A DNA stretch of 64,000 bases from an uncultured Spirochaetota bacterium. Lineage in GTDB: Bacteria > Spirochaetota > Spirochaetia > SZUA-6 > Fen-1364. The notes under the pieces are model-generated. The model made no database searches, was not told the DNA's origin, and saw only the letters and a program-made list of their open reading frames with translations. This document shows positions 63,224 to 64,000 of this stretch, in pieces (positions within the stretch are counted from its first letter, which is position 1; each line of letters opens with the position of its first letter). The stretch lies in contig CAVUXE010000057.1 in the NCBI GenBank assembly GCA_963745235.1, forward strand, positions 9,844 to 73,843. Direction: 5' to 3'. Position numbers and translations under genes: made by a program.

Positions 63224-64000
63224 GGTCAAGCGAGAAAGGGTTCATGGTGGATGCCTAGGAGCTACTGTACGAAGAAGGCCGTGGTAAGCTGCGAGAAGCC
63301 GCGGGGAGGAGCACACATCCCGAGATCCGCGGATAGCCGAATGGGGTAACCCGGCGCGCTTAACTATGCGTCATCCATGACTGAATACATAGGTTATGGA
63401 AGGGAGACCCAGGGAACTGAACCATCTCAGTACCTGGAGGAAAAGAAAACAAATCGAGATTCCCCAAGTAGCGGCGAGCGAACGGGGAAGAGCCTAAACC
63501 CACGCCGTGCCAAGGCGTGAACCGTTGCGGAGTGGGTGTTGCAGGGCCTGTTCGGAGAGCTTTCACGAGCTTTCGCGAAGTCAAAAACCTTGTTCATAGC
63601 CGAACGCCACTGGGAAGGGCGACCAGAGGGGGTGAAAGTCCCGTAGGCGAAATGCGAAGAGGCTTCGTGGGGCAGGTACCTGAGTACCGTGGGGCTCGAG
63701 AAACCCTGCGGGAATCTGGGAGGACCACCTTCCAAGGCTAAATACGCAAGTAGCTACCGATAGTGCAGAAGTACCGTGAGGGAAAGGTGAAAAGGACCCC
63801 GAGAGGGGAGTGAAAGAGAATCTGAAACCGTGAACCTACAAGCGATCAGAGGGGCGCAGCAATGTGCCCTAATGGTGTGCCTATTGCATAATGAACCGGC
63901 GAGTTACTGTATGCAGCGAGGTTAAGGTATCGAAATACCGCAGCCGCAGGGAAACCGAGTCTTAAATGGGCGAATCAGTTGCATGCAGTAGACCCGAAGC
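63224..64000 (+). rRNA. rrl: 23S ribosomal RNA, 5' part (runs off the window)
   Basis: GGTCAAGCGAGAAAGGGTTCATGGTGGATGCCTAGG.., ..CCGAATGGGGTAACCC.. and ..AGTAGCGGCGAGCGAACGGG.. are typical domain I sequences. Confidence 0.95.

Overview
GC-rich chromosomal segment that looks spirochaetal. That call is an inference from two FlaB-type core flagellins ([12 protein letters not shown]...), a flaG-fliD block, a flgN-like/flgK/flgL/fliW/csrA block and the 16S sequence; no database search was possible. Left to right the window holds: ftsH; a pseudo-receiver/PilZ protein; mfd with an internal in-frame TAG; a CheY-like regulator plus a FapA/DUF342 protein; an alpha/beta hydrolase with a divergent, decayed tetR and a clear triple operator; two very large multi-PAS histidine kinases; glgC; an MrfA/MrfB-like (YprA/YprB) helicase-exonuclease pair; a sugar locus with two GH94 phosphorylases, a ROK regulator, an LplABC-type ABC importer, a GNAT and a GH3 enzyme; a lipoate-ligase-family gene and trxB; the flagellar filament/hook-junction region with c-di-GMP parts inside it (YcgR-like PilZ, HD-GYP, PlzA-like PilZ) plus tsaB/tsaE; pfkB, zapA, a zapB-like gene and infC-rpmI-rplT; a HEAT-repeat/class III cyclase pair; a TPR lipoprotein; adk and ahcY; and finally an rrn operon (promoter, 16S, an aberrant tRNA-Ile-like element, a hairpin-rich spacer, and the 5' part of 23S). 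I saw no CRISPR array, transposase, integrase, prophage or recognisable defence island. The dominant technical feature is about 20 reading-frame breaks, several of them at G/C homopolymers. They even hit rpmI, so I read most of them as consensus indel errors rather than biology, and gene boundaries are affected accordingly. The observations most worth follow-up are: (1) matching GGA-loop hairpins in both flaB leaders, next to fliW-csrA; (2) a CsrA ORF with a long Gly/Pro/Lys-rich tail encoded by tandem repeats of about 24 nt; (3) a small palindromic repeat family (GAACC-stem-AGAGUAC-stem-GAG) present in the same RNA orientation in the fliD leader and in the 16S-23S spacer; (4) a tRNA-Ile(GAU) whose 5' half is canonical but whose 3' half does not fold; (5) two uncharacterised ORFs and a PilZ brake-like protein inside the filament operon, where no fliS is visible; (6) the triple TetR operator set between face-to-face promoters.
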